DNA of 64,000 bases, taken from NCBI GenBank assembly GCA_043228905.1, contig JBHGNT010000007.1, positions 13,330,001-13,394,000 of the forward strand. Reading direction: 5' to 3'. This stretch comes from Azolla caroliniana (taxonomy: Eukaryota; Plantae; Polypodiophyta). The notes beneath the pieces were generated by a model. The model had not been told where the DNA came from, did not search any database, and saw nothing but the letters and a program-made list of their open reading frames with translations. The translations under genes were made by a program, and so were the position numbers. This document shows, one piece after another, positions 61,945 through 64,000 of this stretch (within the stretch, counting starts at the first letter, position 1; every line of letters starts with the position of its first letter).

Positions 61945-64000
61945 CTGAAACCGAAGCCCATTGCTAGCGATACCTTTGCTCCAGAAGCAAATATCCGATT
62001 CTGTATGTAGACGACCGTCCATATCACTTCGGCCCAATAGATCTTAGGCATGATCTTCTCCTCCAACATTGCCTTAGCCGCTTCTACCATTGTCTAATTC
62101 TGCTGGAACATGTATCTTCTTTTCAATTAGGTAGACCCATGTGTGCCAATTAACGTCGTCGATGAAAGAGACAAAGTACCAGCTCCCGCCCATGCTCACA
62201 CAACTTGTTGACCCCCATACATCCGTGTGGATCAAATCGAGCAGATTCTAGCTCCGATTCTTCTCATTGGGGAATGGAAGCCTATGTTGCTTCCTAAGCA
62301 AGCAAGCTTCACATACTTGGTCTTTTCGGCCGCTGAAATTCAGCAGTCCGAATACCACCCAATTCAACTGTAGTTCTTGAAGCTTCAGAAAGTTGATATG
62401 GCCGATCTACTTGTGCCACAAGTCGATGTCGGATTCAACCTTCTATCCTTTTGTGAACATTGCAGTGCCAACATCATTTGTTTCAAAGACAAAAATCCTC
62501 CCATTTCTAAGCCCTCATGCTATTAGCCGGCCCTCGTCTTTGATGAAGCAGCCACGGTGATTAAATTGAACCTGCATGCACTGATCGACAATCTGTCCGA
62601 CAGATACCAAGTTCTTTGCAATTGTCGGGACATGCAACACATTCTGCATCACCCCTTCTGTACATCACCCACATGTTTGATGGGGTGCACAGTGTCGACA
62701 ACTCCTAACTGTTCCGGTTTTGCCAAGCTTGAGAACCATTCAACATGGTTTGTCATATGATTTGACGCTCCGGAATCATGACTAGACCTCTTTCGGTTTC
62801 ATGGCATGTACTCCCATTTGATTTTCCTTGTGCTTCATTATGAGTGCAAGGCCCATTTCAGCTCATCCTGAGCCTTTAATGAAGTGTGATCTGTGACACT
62901 TATCTTCGTCTCCCTGGCTGGATCCGGTTCTGTCCGAATCGGTGCGCTTCTTCCAACACTCACTTTCTCATTGGCCCTTCCGGCCACAGTACCAGCAATC
63001 CATCACAGCCTTTCCTTCTCGACTTTCAGTGCTGCCTACTCATGGAGGGTCCGGAACTGTTGTTGGCACCACTTCTATGCCTTCTATCCTACTCTTGTCG
63101 GATGCCTCTATTGTATGCCGACCTGCCTCATCCACCACGACCAGGGGGCTCTTTGCCTCCATGTACAACATCTTGTTGTCGGCGCGCGTGCTCATTGACA
63201 CACCCACGTGATTTTCTTAAACGAGAAACATCGATTGTAGTGTGAAAAAGGAAGGTGTATTCTCCCTTGTGCAGACCACCGTTCGGAATGCTCTAAACTT
63301 TTGCGTCAAACCTCCAAGGCAGAATTGCACCATCTCGTCTTTTTCAACCATCACGTTGATAGACCTGAGCGAGTCGCAGATCTCCTTGATCTTGGAGGTG
63401 TAATCAACCATCAACATGTCTCTTTGTCGGACATTGTTTAGCTCTTATCACAGCTATAGCTTTCTGGTTGTTGTGCTTGCTGCAAAAATCTTCTTCACAT
63501 TTTCCCAAGCATCCTTGTGTGTTTTGGCATCCCGAATGTAGTTCAAAAGTTGTTCGCTCACACTAGATGGGAAGCAATAGAGAACTCTATTTGCCACTTG
63601 TTCCCAGGTACGGAAATCTCTGTGTGTTGAAACCGGTGCTACATTCTTGGCTCTTTCGACATAGCTCTAGTACCCATGCTCGAGCAGGTATTGGTGCATC
63701 TTGTATGAACAAGATGCATAGTTGCTTCTGTTCAGCTTCTCCGTTAGAAGCGAGCTATCCATACCTTTGTCTATGTTCCTATTGTTCGGAAGATAATGTT
63801 TCGTCTTTGTGTTGATTCGCTTTGTCAACAATAGAGGATTCTTCTAACCCTCGCGCTTTGATACCATGTAAAAATATGTGCGGAAGCTTATGTAACATAG
63901 AAAACACAGTTGATTATCCGGAAATACAACAGTTAGGAAAAACGCAAAGAATGGAGACACAGTATGAGAGAGATAGAGAGAGCAGACAACAAAACTTCTA
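61945..64000 (-). mobile_element. Copia element I, heavily decayed (IN, PR, gag, PBS 63855-63866, 5' LTR from 63867 off the window end)
   Basis: AAKAMLEEKIMPKIYWAEV; DYTSKIKEICDSL..RENTPSFF; TGGTATCAAAGC. Confidence 0.9.

Overview
This window looks eukaryotic (plant, probably a bryophyte or other early-diverging land plant; inferred from the element lineages) and consists almost entirely of nested, decayed LTR retrotransposons. No host gene, RNA gene or CRISPR array is supported. Ty1/copia content: at least eight copies or fragments of one related clade with tRNA-iMet PBS and ~290-435 bp LTRs (possibly Bryco/RLC5-like), plus a different full-length copia at 47529-60584 with a CAAGA TSD. Ty3/gypsy content: a Tcn1/PEG10-like chromovirus, an Athila/Tat-like element with an extra 3' ORF, and several copies of a tRNA-Trp-primed lineage with RT motif PFLDDIPIKG, including a full-length copy at 48915-57040. 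The most interesting signals are: (1) a slippery site plus H-type pseudoknot placed AFTER the protease in the Trp-primed gypsy; (2) a U3 sequence module shared between copia and gypsy LTRs; (3) a conserved charged extension of copia Pol beyond RNase H; (4) conserved stem-loops at the polypurine tracts; (5) an apparent 4-bp CpG-centred target site; (6) a 6.8 kb block bounded by inverted LTRs. All coordinates and alignments were made by eye.
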